32,000 nucleotides of DNA, taken from a bacterium. GTDB taxonomy: Bacteria; UBP7; UBA6624. This document shows, piece by piece, positions 1-9,141 of the stretch (position 1 is its first letter; every line of letters starts with the position of its first letter). A program made the position numbers and the translations under genes. Where the stretch lies: contig PBAU01000003.1 in the NCBI GenBank assembly GCA_002716355.1, forward strand, positions 60,001 to 92,000, in the 5' to 3' direction. The notes under the pieces are model-generated. The model did no database searches. It saw nothing but the letters and a program-made list of their open reading frames with translations, and was not told where the DNA came from.

Positions 1-1
1 A

Positions 2-910
2 ATTGATTTTGATTTTTTGAAAAAAGATAAAAAGAATATTTATGTTGATTTTATGCATGGAGCTCAAATAGATTTATTTAAAAATATTTTTATAAACTCG
101 GGAAATATGAATATTTTCTATCTTAGAGATTCATTAGATTCAACTTTTGGTAATATCACTCCAGAGCCAATTCCATCAAATTTAAAAGTATTGTCGGATT
201 CTGTTCTTGCTTCAAGAAAAGAGTCAATTGGCTTAGCTTTTGATGGTGATGGGGATAGATTTGCTTTTTGTGATGAGAGAGGTGAGGTTTTATGGCCACA
301 GGAAACATTTGCAATTGTTGCTGATATTCTGATGAGGGAAGAAAAAGGTAATATAGCAAAAAGCCTTCCAACCTCTATCTGGCTGAACAGGTTAGCTAAA
401 AAGTATAAAGTCGATATTTATGAGACACCTGTTGGTTTTAAATATCTTTCTGACTATCTTGACACAGGAAAGGCTTTAATTGCTGGAGAGGAGTCAGGTG
501 GAGTTGGTTTCAGTTTTCACATTCCTGAAAGAGATGGTCTTTTAGCGTCTTTGAAGATAATTGAATATTTGGCTAAAGAGAAAAAAACATTGAGGTCTTT
601 AAGAAAAGAGTTAAGAGCAAATCATGGTGATTTTCATTATGAAAGAAAAGATATGAAAGTTAGTGACTCTATTGTCGAGAATATAAAGAAGGATCCTGAG
701 CAATATCTTTCGAAACTTTCAAAAGAATTTGGGGTTTCAAAAAAAGAAATAAACACTTCAGATGGGATTAAGTTAAATTTGAAAAATGATAATTGGGTTA
801 TGGCAAGAGCAAGTGGAACTGAACCTGTTTTAAGGCTTTATTGCGAGTCTGAGAAGAAAGACAATATATCTTCGATTTTTTCAAGATTGGAAAAAGTTTT
901 ATTTGAATAG
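2..910 (+). CDS. alpha-D-phosphohexomutase (phosphoglucomutase/phosphomannomutase family), C-terminal ~300 aa; the 5' end lies outside the window
   Basis: The frame is open to the left window edge, so the listed TTG at 17 is not the real start. Family motifs occur in canonical order: FDGDGDRF (metal loop), GEESGG (sugar loop), RASGTEP (phosphate loop). Confidence 0.85.
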   Translation: MDFDFLKKDKKNIYVDFMHGAQIDLFKNIFINSGNMNIFYLRDSLDSTFGNITPEPIPSNLKVLSDSVLASRKESIGLAFDGDGDRFAFCDERGEVLWPQETFAIVADILMREEKGNIAKSLPTSIWLNRLAKKYKVDIYETPVGFKYLSDYLDTGKALIAGEESGGVGFSFHIPERDGLLASLKIIEYLAKEKKTLRSLRKELRANHGDFHYERKDMKVSDSIVENIKKDPEQYLSKLSKEFGVSKKEINTSDGIKLNLKNDNWVMARASGTEPVLRLYCESEKKDNISSIFSRLEKVLFE

Positions 911-1579
911 CCTGGCTGTTTCTAACTCATGCCAGTTTTCAAAGTCATCGTTGATACTTGAATGAAGCCAAAGAATTTTTTCTTCTGTGATTTTTATTAT
1001 GCTCGAAGAGCTTTTCGGCATGTAGTTATTTTTAAGGCTGCTTAAATCGAGGTTTTTTTTCATTTTTGTAACAAAGTTTGAAGATGTTAACTTTGAGCAT
1101 TTTTCGGACATTGCCTTTATTCTTTTTGATTTTTTATCATTAATAAAACTGTTTGAAAGAAAATGCCTTCCCTTTTTTAAAATGGTTACCTTATCGCTTG
1201 TATTGTTTTTATAAAAAACATCTTTTAGGTTTCCAACAATTAAATTAAATCCGCCATATGTATTATTTTTTGTTTCTTCCTCAAGGTGCTTCAAGCAATC
1301 AGTGATGTTTTTTCTTGCAAGCATTTCTAAAACTAAAGTTCCTCTAGATTTTATTTTTGATTTACTTGACTCTCTGTTTGTCACAAGGCAAAAAATTTTA
1401 TTTTCATTTATGCCAAGCCATGTACCACCTTTCAGGCTGTCTATGCCAGCTATAATTTTTGTATTTCTGTGTATAAAAAAATCAGGATCTTTAAAGCTTC
1501 TTGAGGCAAGCTCTTCTCGATTAAATGCTATTGATATCGAATTGTCTAAATCTTTTATGAAGATTGTCGATATGCACAT
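899..1579 (-). CDS. NRDE/TANGO2-family (DUF833) protein, predicted N-terminal-Cys hydrolase fold
   Basis: 226 aa. Starts Met-Cys (MCIST..) and carries AFNREE (a variant of the NRDE box) and GGTWLG, both characteristic of the family. Its start is 2 nt downstream of the dnaG stop. Confidence 0.7.
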   Translation of the reverse strand: MCISTIFIKDLDNSISIAFNREELASRSFKDPDFFIHRNTKIIAGIDSLKGGTWLGINENKIFCLVTNRESSKSKIKSRGTLVLEMLARKNITDCLKHLEEETKNNTYGGFNLIVGNLKDVFYKNNTSDKVTILKKGRHFLSNSFINDKKSKRIKAMSEKCSKLTSSNFVTKMKKNLDLSSLKNNYMPKSSSSIIKITEEKILWLHSSINDDFENWHELETARLFK

Positions 1580-1581
1580 TT

Positions 1582-3279
1582 TTACAATTCATTCCAGCCT
1601 GGAACACCCTCTTGTGAAATATTGTTAATTGTTTTATTTATCTTATCGATTGTTTTTAGCCTGTCTTTCTTGGCTGACATTGAAACAATCCTTCTTTCCT
1701 CTTTTAGGTTTTTTAGGATTATCATTTTGATGATCTCTTCCATATCATATAAAGTTGTTTCTCTTTCAGATATTAGGCATTCTGCTATAAAGGATTTTTC
1801 TTCTCCTTCAAATTGTTTCATGATTAACTCTGGATCTGCTGAGTCAATTGTATTCATTACAAAATATATGTTTTTTATTTTTTGGCTCTGGAATTCATTT
1901 ACTTTGTATTTTTTAAAGATTTCAGAAACTATCTTCCATTTTGTTGGATTTTTGAAAAGGTATCTAAAAACTTCTTCCTCTTCTACGAGGAATTTGTTCT
2001 TTGTTGCTGTTTTGTTTTTTTGGTCATTGCTAGCTGATGTTTCTATCTCTGTTGTTACGAGATGTTTTGGCAGCATGAATTTTTGTGAGATTTTTTCTAT
2101 TATTTGCTGTTTTGAAATCGATTCGTTCATATCCTTTATTAGTGGTTTTATTTTTTCAATTGCTCGTTGTTTCGAGATTTCAGTTTTTAGATTGTTTTCT
2201 TCTTCTATTATCTGGTTTAAATAAAAATCCAATGCATCTTGTTTTGTTGCTAGATCCCATCCCTTTTTACCCTCCTCTTTAAGCCATTCATCAGGATCTT
2301 TTTTTCGTGGAGGTATGACCACAAGTGGCTCTATTCCAGCCTTGAGCAGTCTTCCGATTGCTTTGCTTGCTGCAATCAGGCCTTTGTCATCTCCATCCAT
2401 AACAACTACAGCTTTATCTTTGACCCTCTTCACCATGTAGGCATGATCTTCAGAGAATGCTGTTCCCATCGATGCAACAGCGCCTTTTATTCCCTCTTTT
2501 TCAAACCTCAAGACATCAGACTGGCCTTCACATAGTATCAATGGCCCTTTGCTTTTTTTGGCATTATGCCAGTTGTATAAAAGTTGACTTTTTTTAAATA
2601 TTTCAGATTCAATTGAATTTTTGTATTTTGCTATTTTTTTGTTTTTATCGTTTAATATTCTTGCGGAAAATCCACGTATCCTGCCAATATTATCTCTTAT
2701 CGGAAAAGATATTCTTCCAGCAAGTGGCTCCCATTTATTTTTTGCCTTTGAGATTAAGCCGACTTCCAGGAATATTTTTTTTTCTAGGTTTGTTTTTTTA
2801 AGAATGTAACTTTTTAATAATTGCCCTTGTGGAGGAAAGGCTCCAATTCCATATTCTTTACACCACTGATGATCAAAACCTCTTTTCTCCATATAGTCTC
2901 TAAAGGGTTTACCATAATCTGAATCCTGGAACACCTTAATCAACCAATCATTTAAATTTTCAAGAACTTCAAAATATGACTTTTTTGATTTTTCTCTTTT
3001 CCCCGTTAGTTGAATATTGTGTTTTTCAGCTAGATAATGTAAAGCTTCACTAAAGTCAAGATTTTGTTTTTCTTGTATAAATTTGAATATATCACCAGAG
3101 GCGCCACATGCAAAGCAGTTGTACAAACCTTTATCCTCGCTTACTGAGAAAGAAGGATTTTTATCATTATGGAATGGACATAGTCCAGTCCAGCTAGAGC
3201 CTGTTTTTTTTAGTTTGGTATATTCGCTTATTGTGTCAACAATAGAAACTTCATTACGAATTTTTTCTCTATCGTCCAT
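1582..3279 (-). CDS. dnaG: DNA primase
   Basis: CHC2 zinc finger CPFHNDKNPSFSV...YNCFACGASGD; Toprim motifs CEGQSDV and MDGDDKG; 565 aa. The ATG shares one base with the rho stop (TAATG). Confidence 0.95.
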   Translation of the reverse strand: MDDREKIRNEVSIVDTISEYTKLKKTGSSWTGLCPFHNDKNPSFSVSEDKGLYNCFACGASGDIFKFIQEKQNLDFSEALHYLAEKHNIQLTGKREKSKKSYFEVLENLNDWLIKVFQDSDYGKPFRDYMEKRGFDHQWCKEYGIGAFPPQGQLLKSYILKKTNLEKKIFLEVGLISKAKNKWEPLAGRISFPIRDNIGRIRGFSARILNDKNKKIAKYKNSIESEIFKKSQLLYNWHNAKKSKGPLILCEGQSDVLRFEKEGIKGAVASMGTAFSEDHAYMVKRVKDKAVVVMDGDDKGLIAASKAIGRLLKAGIEPLVVIPPRKKDPDEWLKEEGKKGWDLATKQDALDFYLNQIIEEENNLKTEISKQRAIEKIKPLIKDMNESISKQQIIEKISQKFMLPKHLVTTEIETSASNDQKNKTATKNKFLVEEEEVFRYLFKNPTKWKIVSEIFKKYKVNEFQSQKIKNIYFVMNTIDSADPELIMKQFEGEEKSFIAECLISERETTLYDMEEIIKMIILKNLKEERRIVSMSAKKDRLKTIDKINKTINNISQEGVPGWNEL

Positions 3280-4604
3280 TAAAAAGTTATATTACCACTA
3301 TTTCTGTTAAGCTCTTCCCCTTCTAAAAATTCAAGATTTGTTTTATGGCTATTTATACCGTTTAGCATTACCTCTAAACTTTCAACTGCGTCTAAGGATG
3401 AGAGCATTCTTCTCAGCTTCCATATTTTCCTTAATTCTTCATCTTGGTAAAGCAACTCTTCATGCCTTGTTGAGGATTTGTTGATGTCAACAGCTGGATA
3501 AAGCCTTCTGTTCGCTAATCCTCTATCGAGATGAACTTCAAGGTTTCCAGTTCCTTTAAACTCTTCATATATTATGTCGTCGAGTTTAGAGCCGGTATCA
3601 ACAAGAGCTGTTGCAATTATTGTTAAAGATCCTCCGTTTTCTATGTTTCTTGCAGAGCCAAAAAATCTTTTTGGCTTGTAAAGACTTGCAGGATCCAAAC
3701 CACCAGATAGTGTTCTTCCACTTGAGTTGACTGTTAGGTTATAGGCTCTTGCTAGTCTTGTTATTGAATCAAGCAGTATCACAACGTCTTTGTCCTGTTC
3801 AGCAAGACTTTTAGCGTGTTCTATTACAAGTTCAGCAACATGGGTATGGTTTTCAGGCCTTTCGTCAAATGTGCTTGATATCACTTCACCATCTATCGAT
3901 CTTTCAAAATCTGTAACCTCTTCAGGTCTTTCGTCAATAAGTAATGCAAAAAGCTTTACATTTGGATGATTTTGAGATATTGAATCAGCTATGTCCTTAA
4001 GTATTGTTGTTTTTCCAGCTTTTGGAGGTGATACTATTAAGGCTCTTTGCCCTAGGCCTATAGGTGCAATAATGTCAATGATCCTAGCTGTAGTTTTTAA
4101 AGGAGTTGTTTCGAGTCGAATTCTTTCATTTGGATAGATAGGTGTAAGTTTTTCGAATGTTTTTCTGTTTTTAATGTATTGGTATGGAGATGATGATCCA
4201 TTTATAGAAACTATATCAATTGCAGCAGCATGTTTTTCTTTTTTCGCTCTTCTTGGAGGAGTTACTTTCACTTCTACAATGTCACCTGTTTTTAGTTTAA
4301 ATTTATTTTTTATTAATTGAGGAATGAATACGTCTTCTGAGCCTTGATTCCATTTGTTAACTCTTATAAAACCATGCCTTTCTGTCAAATCAACAATGCC
4401 AGTTCTGTTTTTCAAAGGTTCAATTCTTTTTTCTTCCTTTTTAGTCTTTTCTTCCTTTTTAACTATCATGCTTTTGTTTATTTCTTTGATCAATTCAAGC
4501 TTGGTAGCTTTTTTGTCATGTTCTATATTTTTAGACTCTGCAATGGCTTTTAGTTCCGAGACTTTCATTGATTCAAGTTTTTCTTTATTGAAATTTTCTT
4601 CCAT
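3279..4604 (-). CDS. rho: transcription termination factor Rho
   Basis: Rho_N helix (VSELKAIAE), RNA-binding OB region (HGFIRV), Walker [26 protein letters not shown]. 441 aa, with a K/E-rich linker after Rho_N. GAGGA Shine-Dalgarno 7 nt upstream of the ATG. Confidence 0.97.
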   Translation of the reverse strand: MEENFNKEKLESMKVSELKAIAESKNIEHDKKATKLELIKEINKSMIVKKEEKTKKEEKRIEPLKNRTGIVDLTERHGFIRVNKWNQGSEDVFIPQLIKNKFKLKTGDIVEVKVTPPRRAKKEKHAAAIDIVSINGSSSPYQYIKNRKTFEKLTPIYPNERIRLETTPLKTTARIIDIIAPIGLGQRALIVSPPKAGKTTILKDIADSISQNHPNVKLFALLIDERPEEVTDFERSIDGEVISSTFDERPENHTHVAELVIEHAKSLAEQDKDVVILLDSITRLARAYNLTVNSSGRTLSGGLDPASLYKPKRFFGSARNIENGGSLTIIATALVDTGSKLDDIIYEEFKGTGNLEVHLDRGLANRRLYPAVDINKSSTRHEELLYQDEELRKIWKLRRMLSSLDAVESLEVMLNGINSHKTNLEFLEGEELNRNSGNITF

Positions 4605-4605
4605 A

Positions 4606-5133
4606 TCATTTCCTCACTTTTTGTAAATGTCTTATTTCTTTTAGGTTTCTAAATTTTTGATTGATATCAAGGCCATATCCAACTAGGTAATTATCCTTTA
4701 TTTGAAAACCTTGGTAGTCAATTTTTATATTCTCTTTTTCTATACTGGATCTCTTAAGAAAACAGGCAATTTTTACCGAAGCTGGACCTCTCGCAAGTAG
4801 CATTTTTTTCAGGTAATTTAGCGTCAAGCCCGTATTTGTTATGTTTTCTAGAAGGATTACATGCTTCCCCTCTATGGAGATGTCAATATCTTTTTTTATT
4901 TGAACTTGGCCCGTAGAGCTTTTGCCTTCAAATTCTGAAATTGATAAAAAATCCATTTCGCAGTCAGGTTTTATCTGCTTCATGAGATCTGAAGCAAACA
5001 TGAAGCTTCCCTTCAATATGGATATAAAGCATATGTTTTTATTGACGTAATCATTATTTATCTCCTGAGCAATATCATTAACTCTTTCTAGTATCTCGCT
5101 TTCAGAAAAAAGAACTTCGCCAATTTTATTCAT
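4606..5133 (-). CDS. hpt: hypoxanthine(-guanine) phosphoribosyltransferase
   Basis: 175 aa type-I PRTase. The PRPP loop is HVILLENITNTGLTL, where the usual ED reads EN here. C-terminal DYxGF-like YQGFQI and VGYGLD motifs. Stop is 1 nt before the rho start. Confidence 0.85.
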   Translation of the reverse strand: MNKIGEVLFSESEILERVNDIAQEINNDYVNKNICFISILKGSFMFASDLMKQIKPDCEMDFLSISEFEGKSSTGQVQIKKDIDISIEGKHVILLENITNTGLTLNYLKKMLLARGPASVKIACFLKRSSIEKENIKIDYQGFQIKDNYLVGYGLDINQKFRNLKEIRHLQKVRK

Positions 5134-5277
5134 GGTTTTTTATGTGTTAAAGGTGGTAAACGTAGTGTTTATTTTTTTTGATGTATCTATATTCTACATA
5201 TAAAAGCTTCAAACTTCTATAAAGCCACATCTTAGCAAGTATTCAAAAGTTCGATCATAAAATTTTGGAAGCCTTGT

Positions 5278-6837
5278 TTACTCCCACTCGATAGTTGATG
5301 GTGGTTTTGTTGACACATCATATACGCAGCGATTTATGCCGTTTACCTCATTCATTATTCTGCTTGACATTTTTCTTATAAGGCTCCATGGAAGCTCTGG
5401 AAAGTCACATGTCATACCATCAACGCTTGTCACGGCACGTATGGCGCATAAGTGTTCATATGTTCTGCCATCACCCATTACGCCTACTGTTTTCAGGTCT
5501 GTAAGAACTGCAAAGTATTGCCAAACTTCTTCTTCAAGTATTGTGCTTTCTATTTCTTTTCTTACTATCTCATCAGCCTCTTGCAGGATTCTTAATTTTT
5601 CATTCGTTATTTCGCCAATAATTCTTATTGCAAGGCCAGGGCCAGGAAAAGGTTGCCTGTATGCCATTTCTTCTGGTATTCCTATCTCTATTGCAACCTT
5701 TCTAACCTCATCTTTGAAAAAATACCTTAAAGGTTCAACTAATTTAAACTTCATATCTTCTGGAAGCCCACCAACATTGTGGTGAGTTTTTATTGTTGAG
5801 CTTGGTCCACCTTTAGGGTCAAAAGATTCAATTACATCAGGATATAGCGTTCCTTGTGCAAGGTATTTTATATCCTGTCTTTCTTTTGAAAAATCCTCAA
5901 ACACCCTTATAAATGACTCTCCAATTATTTTTCTTTTTTCCTCTGGATTGGTTATCCCTTTTAGTTTAGATAGAAATAATTCTGATGCATCAATAACATT
6001 TAATTCAATATTGAAAAACTTAAATGCATTTTCGACCTCTTGCCTTTCATTTTTTCTGAGCAGGCCATGATCTATAAAAACACATGTTAGATTGTCTCCA
6101 ATTGCTTTATGTATTAGCACCGCTGTTGTCACGCTGTCCACACCACCAGAAAGAGCGCATAAAACTTTTTCATCTTGGACTTCTTTCTTTATGTTTCTGA
6201 TTGCCATCTTGCTTACTGATTCAGGAGTCCATGTTTTTTTACATCCTGCAACTTCTGAAGTGAAATTTTCAAGCAGATCTTTTCCCCAGACTGTATGTGT
6301 TACCTCTGCATGAAATTGAATTCCATAAAGTTTTTTCTCTTTATTCTCAAAAGATGCAATAGGTATGTTTTTTGACCTTGCTAATGTTTCAAAACCTTCA
6401 GGAAGTCCTTTTACAAGATCTTTATGGCTCATCCAGCATACAAGATCTTCTTGAAGACCCTCAAAGAGTTTGTTTTCTTTTGTGACATTGATCTGGGTGC
6501 TTCCGTATTCGCTTTTTTCTCCAGGCTCAACAATCCCGCCCATTTCTTGTGCCATAAGTTGCATCCCATAGCATATTCCGAGTATAGGTATGTTTAGACT
6601 CCAGATATCTTTGTCGATTTTTGGGGAATTCTTTTCATGGACAGAGTCAGGGCCTCCTGAGAGTATTATGGCCTTTGGGGATCTTGCAGTGATTTCTTTT
6701 GCGGAGATCGTGTGTGGTTTTATTTCACAATATATATTTTGCTCTCTGATTCTTCTTGCTATCAGTCTTGCATACTGCGCCCCAAAGTCAATGATGATAA
6801 CCAGATCGTCAATTGGTTTTTTGTCCTGAATCTTCAC
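5278..6837 (-). CDS. guaA: GMP synthase (glutamine-hydrolysing)
   Basis: GATase-1 domain (GICYGMQ catalytic Cys, FHAEV), ATP-PPase P-loop SGGVDS, and a C-terminal dimerisation domain ending STIEWE. 519 aa. GTG start overlaps the upstream stop (GTGA). Confidence 0.97.
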   Translation of the reverse strand: MKIQDKKPIDDLVIIIDFGAQYARLIARRIREQNIYCEIKPHTISAKEITARSPKAIILSGGPDSVHEKNSPKIDKDIWSLNIPILGICYGMQLMAQEMGGIVEPGEKSEYGSTQINVTKENKLFEGLQEDLVCWMSHKDLVKGLPEGFETLARSKNIPIASFENKEKKLYGIQFHAEVTHTVWGKDLLENFTSEVAGCKKTWTPESVSKMAIRNIKKEVQDEKVLCALSGGVDSVTTAVLIHKAIGDNLTCVFIDHGLLRKNERQEVENAFKFFNIELNVIDASELFLSKLKGITNPEEKRKIIGESFIRVFEDFSKERQDIKYLAQGTLYPDVIESFDPKGGPSSTIKTHHNVGGLPEDMKFKLVEPLRYFFKDEVRKVAIEIGIPEEMAYRQPFPGPGLAIRIIGEITNEKLRILQEADEIVRKEIESTILEEEVWQYFAVLTDLKTVGVMGDGRTYEHLCAIRAVTSVDGMTCDFPELPWSLIRKMSSRIMNEVNGINRCVYDVSTKPPSTIEWE

Positions 6838-7991
6838 TTAGCCTGGCCGACACCATCTACAAATTGATAATGTTTGCCTTCATCTTTTAGTGATGGACAA
6901 TGGACCACAGTTGCTTTTTGCATTTCTTGAATATTTATAGCCCCCACCATACCCATCGAATTTTTCAAACCGCCTATAAGGTTTAATGTGCCATCATCCC
7001 TATCGCTTGGGCCAAAGAATAATTTTTCAAGTTCAACCATGTTTTTAACAGAGACTCTTGTCCCTCTAGGTAGATTGGGGTCCTGTGTCGCCATTCCCCA
7101 ATGGTATCCTTCTCCTGGGGTTTCTTTTAAACCGCTAAAGCAGCTTCCTAACATTACAGCGTCTGCACCAGAAGCAATAGCTTTTGATATTTCCCCACCT
7201 TTTCTCATGCCTCCATCAGTGATTATGGATACATATTTTCCTGTTTTTTCAAAATGAACATCTCTTGCTTTGCAGCAGGACATTGTTGCTGTGACTTGCC
7301 CAACCCCTACTCCAGTGACAGCTCTTGTAGTGCATGCTGCACCAGGCCCTATACCAACTAATATTCCGGCAGGCCCTGTTTGCATAAGTTCATAAGCTAC
7401 ATCCTGAGTCACACAGTTTCCTAGCACAACAGGAATTTCTATTCTTGCTATAAAGTCTTTGAGGTTCAAAGAGATTTTACCTCTATGGTTAGAGCTTATT
7501 ACTGTTGCTTGTATGAAAATAACATCAGCACCTGCATCTCTTGCTAAAAAACCCAACCTTTCTGCATTTGCTGGTGTTACGCTAACTGCTGCATCGATTC
7601 CTTTGTTTTTTAGCTCTTGCACCCTTAATGAAACAAGTTCTTCCTTTATGGGTTCAGCATAAAATTTTTGAATCACCTTTATGGCCTCTTGTGAATTGCA
7701 TGAGGTTATTTTGTTGAAAGCTTCAGTTGGATTTTCGTATTTTGTCTGTAAGCCTTCAAGGTTTAAAACGCCCATTGAGCCAACTTTAGATAGCCTTGAA
7801 GCAAAATTAACATCAACAGCTGAATCCATGGCGCTTGCAATTATTGGGATTTTTAATTTTGATTTGCCGATTTTTACAGAGGTGTCAACGTCTTTTGGAT
7901 CCAAGGTGCTCAATCCTGGAAGTATTGAAACATCATCAAAACCATAAGTTGCTTGAAGTTGTGGTAAGAAGCTTTCTTTTAAATTTTCCAT
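6834..7991 (-). CDS. IMP dehydrogenase-family protein without CBS/Bateman insert (GuaB3-like); GMP reductase not excluded
   Basis: 385 aa TIM-barrel IMPDH/GMPR family. Motifs: IIASAMDS, catalytic loop GIGPGAACTTR, DGGMRKGGEISKAIASGADAVMLGS. The ~120-aa CBS pair of canonical ~490-aa GuaB is replaced by a short helical segment. Coupled to guaA by GTGA. Confidence 0.8.
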   Translation of the reverse strand: MENLKESFLPQLQATYGFDDVSILPGLSTLDPKDVDTSVKIGKSKLKIPIIASAMDSAVDVNFASRLSKVGSMGVLNLEGLQTKYENPTEAFNKITSCNSQEAIKVIQKFYAEPIKEELVSLRVQELKNKGIDAAVSVTPANAERLGFLARDAGADVIFIQATVISSNHRGKISLNLKDFIARIEIPVVLGNCVTQDVAYELMQTGPAGILVGIGPGAACTTRAVTGVGVGQVTATMSCCKARDVHFEKTGKYVSIITDGGMRKGGEISKAIASGADAVMLGSCFSGLKETPGEGYHWGMATQDPNLPRGTRVSVKNMVELEKLFFGPSDRDDGTLNLIGGLKNSMGMVGAINIQEMQKATVVHCPSLKDEGKHYQFVDGVGQAK

Positions 7992-8051
7992 ATTTATAAA
8001 AATCCGAGACGCACTAACTCTTGTTTTTGGGCAAGTGCTATGATTTTCTAG

Positions 8052-8079
8052 ATTATATATTGATTTAGTTTAAATCCAA
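8052..8079 (-). promoter_or_regulatory. candidate sigma70-type promoter for guaB3-like/guaA
   Basis: On the minus strand: TTGGAT (8079..8074), 16-nt spacer, perfect TATAAT (8057..8052). This leaves a ~55-60 nt leader before the ATG at 7991. The -35 is weak (3/6). Confidence 0.35.
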
Positions 8080-9141
8080 AACAAATATATCCCAATTCCA
8101 GTGTTGCTTATGACTGGTTGCGATAACTGCAATTTTTTTTCTGTTTGGGCTAATTTGAATGTTTTTTAACTTGTCCATTTTTGCTACGGTTTTAAAATTT
8201 TGATTTTCTATATTCCATTTTGTAAGGTGTATTTGATTTGTTTGTATATTGATTGACGAATTAATCCAGTTTTGTTCATCTAATGCCCATTGATAAACTT
8301 GCATAAAGTGGCCTTCTTCAGGTTCAAAACATATTGTTTCAAGATTGCTAGATGCTTTGATGGTGCAGAATTTTTGATTTGTTTGATTGCTTTTTTTTGG
8401 ATTCATCCTCCATCCAATATTCATTCCACCATATATTCCAATGGTATAAGTTTCTGTCCATGGAACTAATGTTCTTGTTTTCTTGTCATTTTCAATTATT
8501 TTTAGCTGACTTTCATTATTTTTTGTTTCTAGCACAATTAGATTTGAATGTTTGTCACTAGTGAAGTCTAAAATTTTTGCACCCTCTTCTGTTGAGTATA
8601 TATTTTCTGCACCCTCTTCTGTTGTTTTTTTAATTACGTTGTTTTTTAGATGGTAGACAGAATCCTTTGATGAGATTGCTGGTTGTGATTTGTTATCGAG
8701 CAAATAGGTTTCCTCATTGAGCCAGCCCCTGATCCAAAGTTTTTTGTCTCCCACCCATGCAACTTCTTTGGATGTGATTTTGTTTTGAGATTCTGCAATA
8801 ATTTTTTCTTGTCCTATTTCTCCATACCATATAAGGCTTGAGCCTGGCATTTTTTCATCCATCCAAAGTATCTTGTTGCCGTTTGTTGAAAGTATTTTTC
8901 CAATTGATTTCTTAGAAAAAGAAATACCATTTTTGCTTATGTCGACATGTTTAACCATTTTTTCAAACGGAGGAAAGGCGTTTTCTTCAAGGAATATAAA
9001 ACTTTCATCATCAAGCCAGTTTAAATCTTCAATTTCTAAACCTTGCCCCCATGGTCCAGTTAGCTTATATTCACTTTCTATCTTGTCTGATTGAAAAGTA
9101 CTTGCACACATTAAAAACAGAATGTAAATTTCTTTTTTCAT
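8065..9141 (-). CDS. secreted/periplasmic hypothetical protein, probably beta-propeller (TolB/PD40-like repeats)
   Basis: 358 aa. N-terminal signal-like segment MKKEIYILFLMCASTFQ. Beta-rich and W-rich sequence with a C-terminal ISPNRKKIAVIA motif resembling PD40 repeats. I recognise no specific family. Confidence 0.45.
   Translation of the reverse strand: MKKEIYILFLMCASTFQSDKIESEYKLTGPWGQGLEIEDLNWLDDESFIFLEENAFPPFEKMVKHVDISKNGISFSKKSIGKILSTNGNKILWMDEKMPGSSLIWYGEIGQEKIIAESQNKITSKEVAWVGDKKLWIRGWLNEETYLLDNKSQPAISSKDSVYHLKNNVIKKTTEEGAENIYSTEEGAKILDFTSDKHSNLIVLETKNNESQLKIIENDKKTRTLVPWTETYTIGIYGGMNIGWRMNPKKSNQTNQKFCTIKASSNLETICFEPEEGHFMQVYQWALDEQNWINSSINIQTNQIHLTKWNIENQNFKTVAKMDKLKNIQISPNRKKIAVIATSHKQHWNWDIFVLDLN

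Noticed and set aside
1622-2224. 200-aa ORF on the plus strand, with 1302-1628, 2085-2282, 2613-2809 and 3083-3310 similar
   Set aside because: It is antisense to dnaG and the NRDE gene, which have clear family motifs. Its translation is the F/L/S/I-rich low-complexity pattern expected from reading K/E/N-rich AT-rich genes backwards.
5134-5277. The largest non-coding gap, upstream of hpt, checked for a purine riboswitch, tRNA or small ORF
   Set aside because: The conserved purine-riboswitch core is absent (no U-rich J1-2, GGGCACC-like or CCGACUA elements). There is no cloverleaf. Only an 8-codon ORF and weak AT-rich stems are present. It most likely holds just the hpt-rho-dnaG promoter, which I could not place confidently.
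8011-8039. Inverted repeat GCACT-N18-AGTGC between the hypothetical gene and the guaB3-like gene, considered as a terminator
   Set aside because: The stem is only 5 bp with an 18-nt loop and has no downstream T-tract on the transcribed strand. It is too weak to call, though it is noted in the motif finding because one arm is the shared 9-mer.
8578-8624. 17-bp direct repeat with 30-nt period, considered as a possible mini-array or CRISPR-like element
   Set aside because: There are only two copies, both inside an ORF and in frame, where they encode TEEGA twice. It is a coding duplication.
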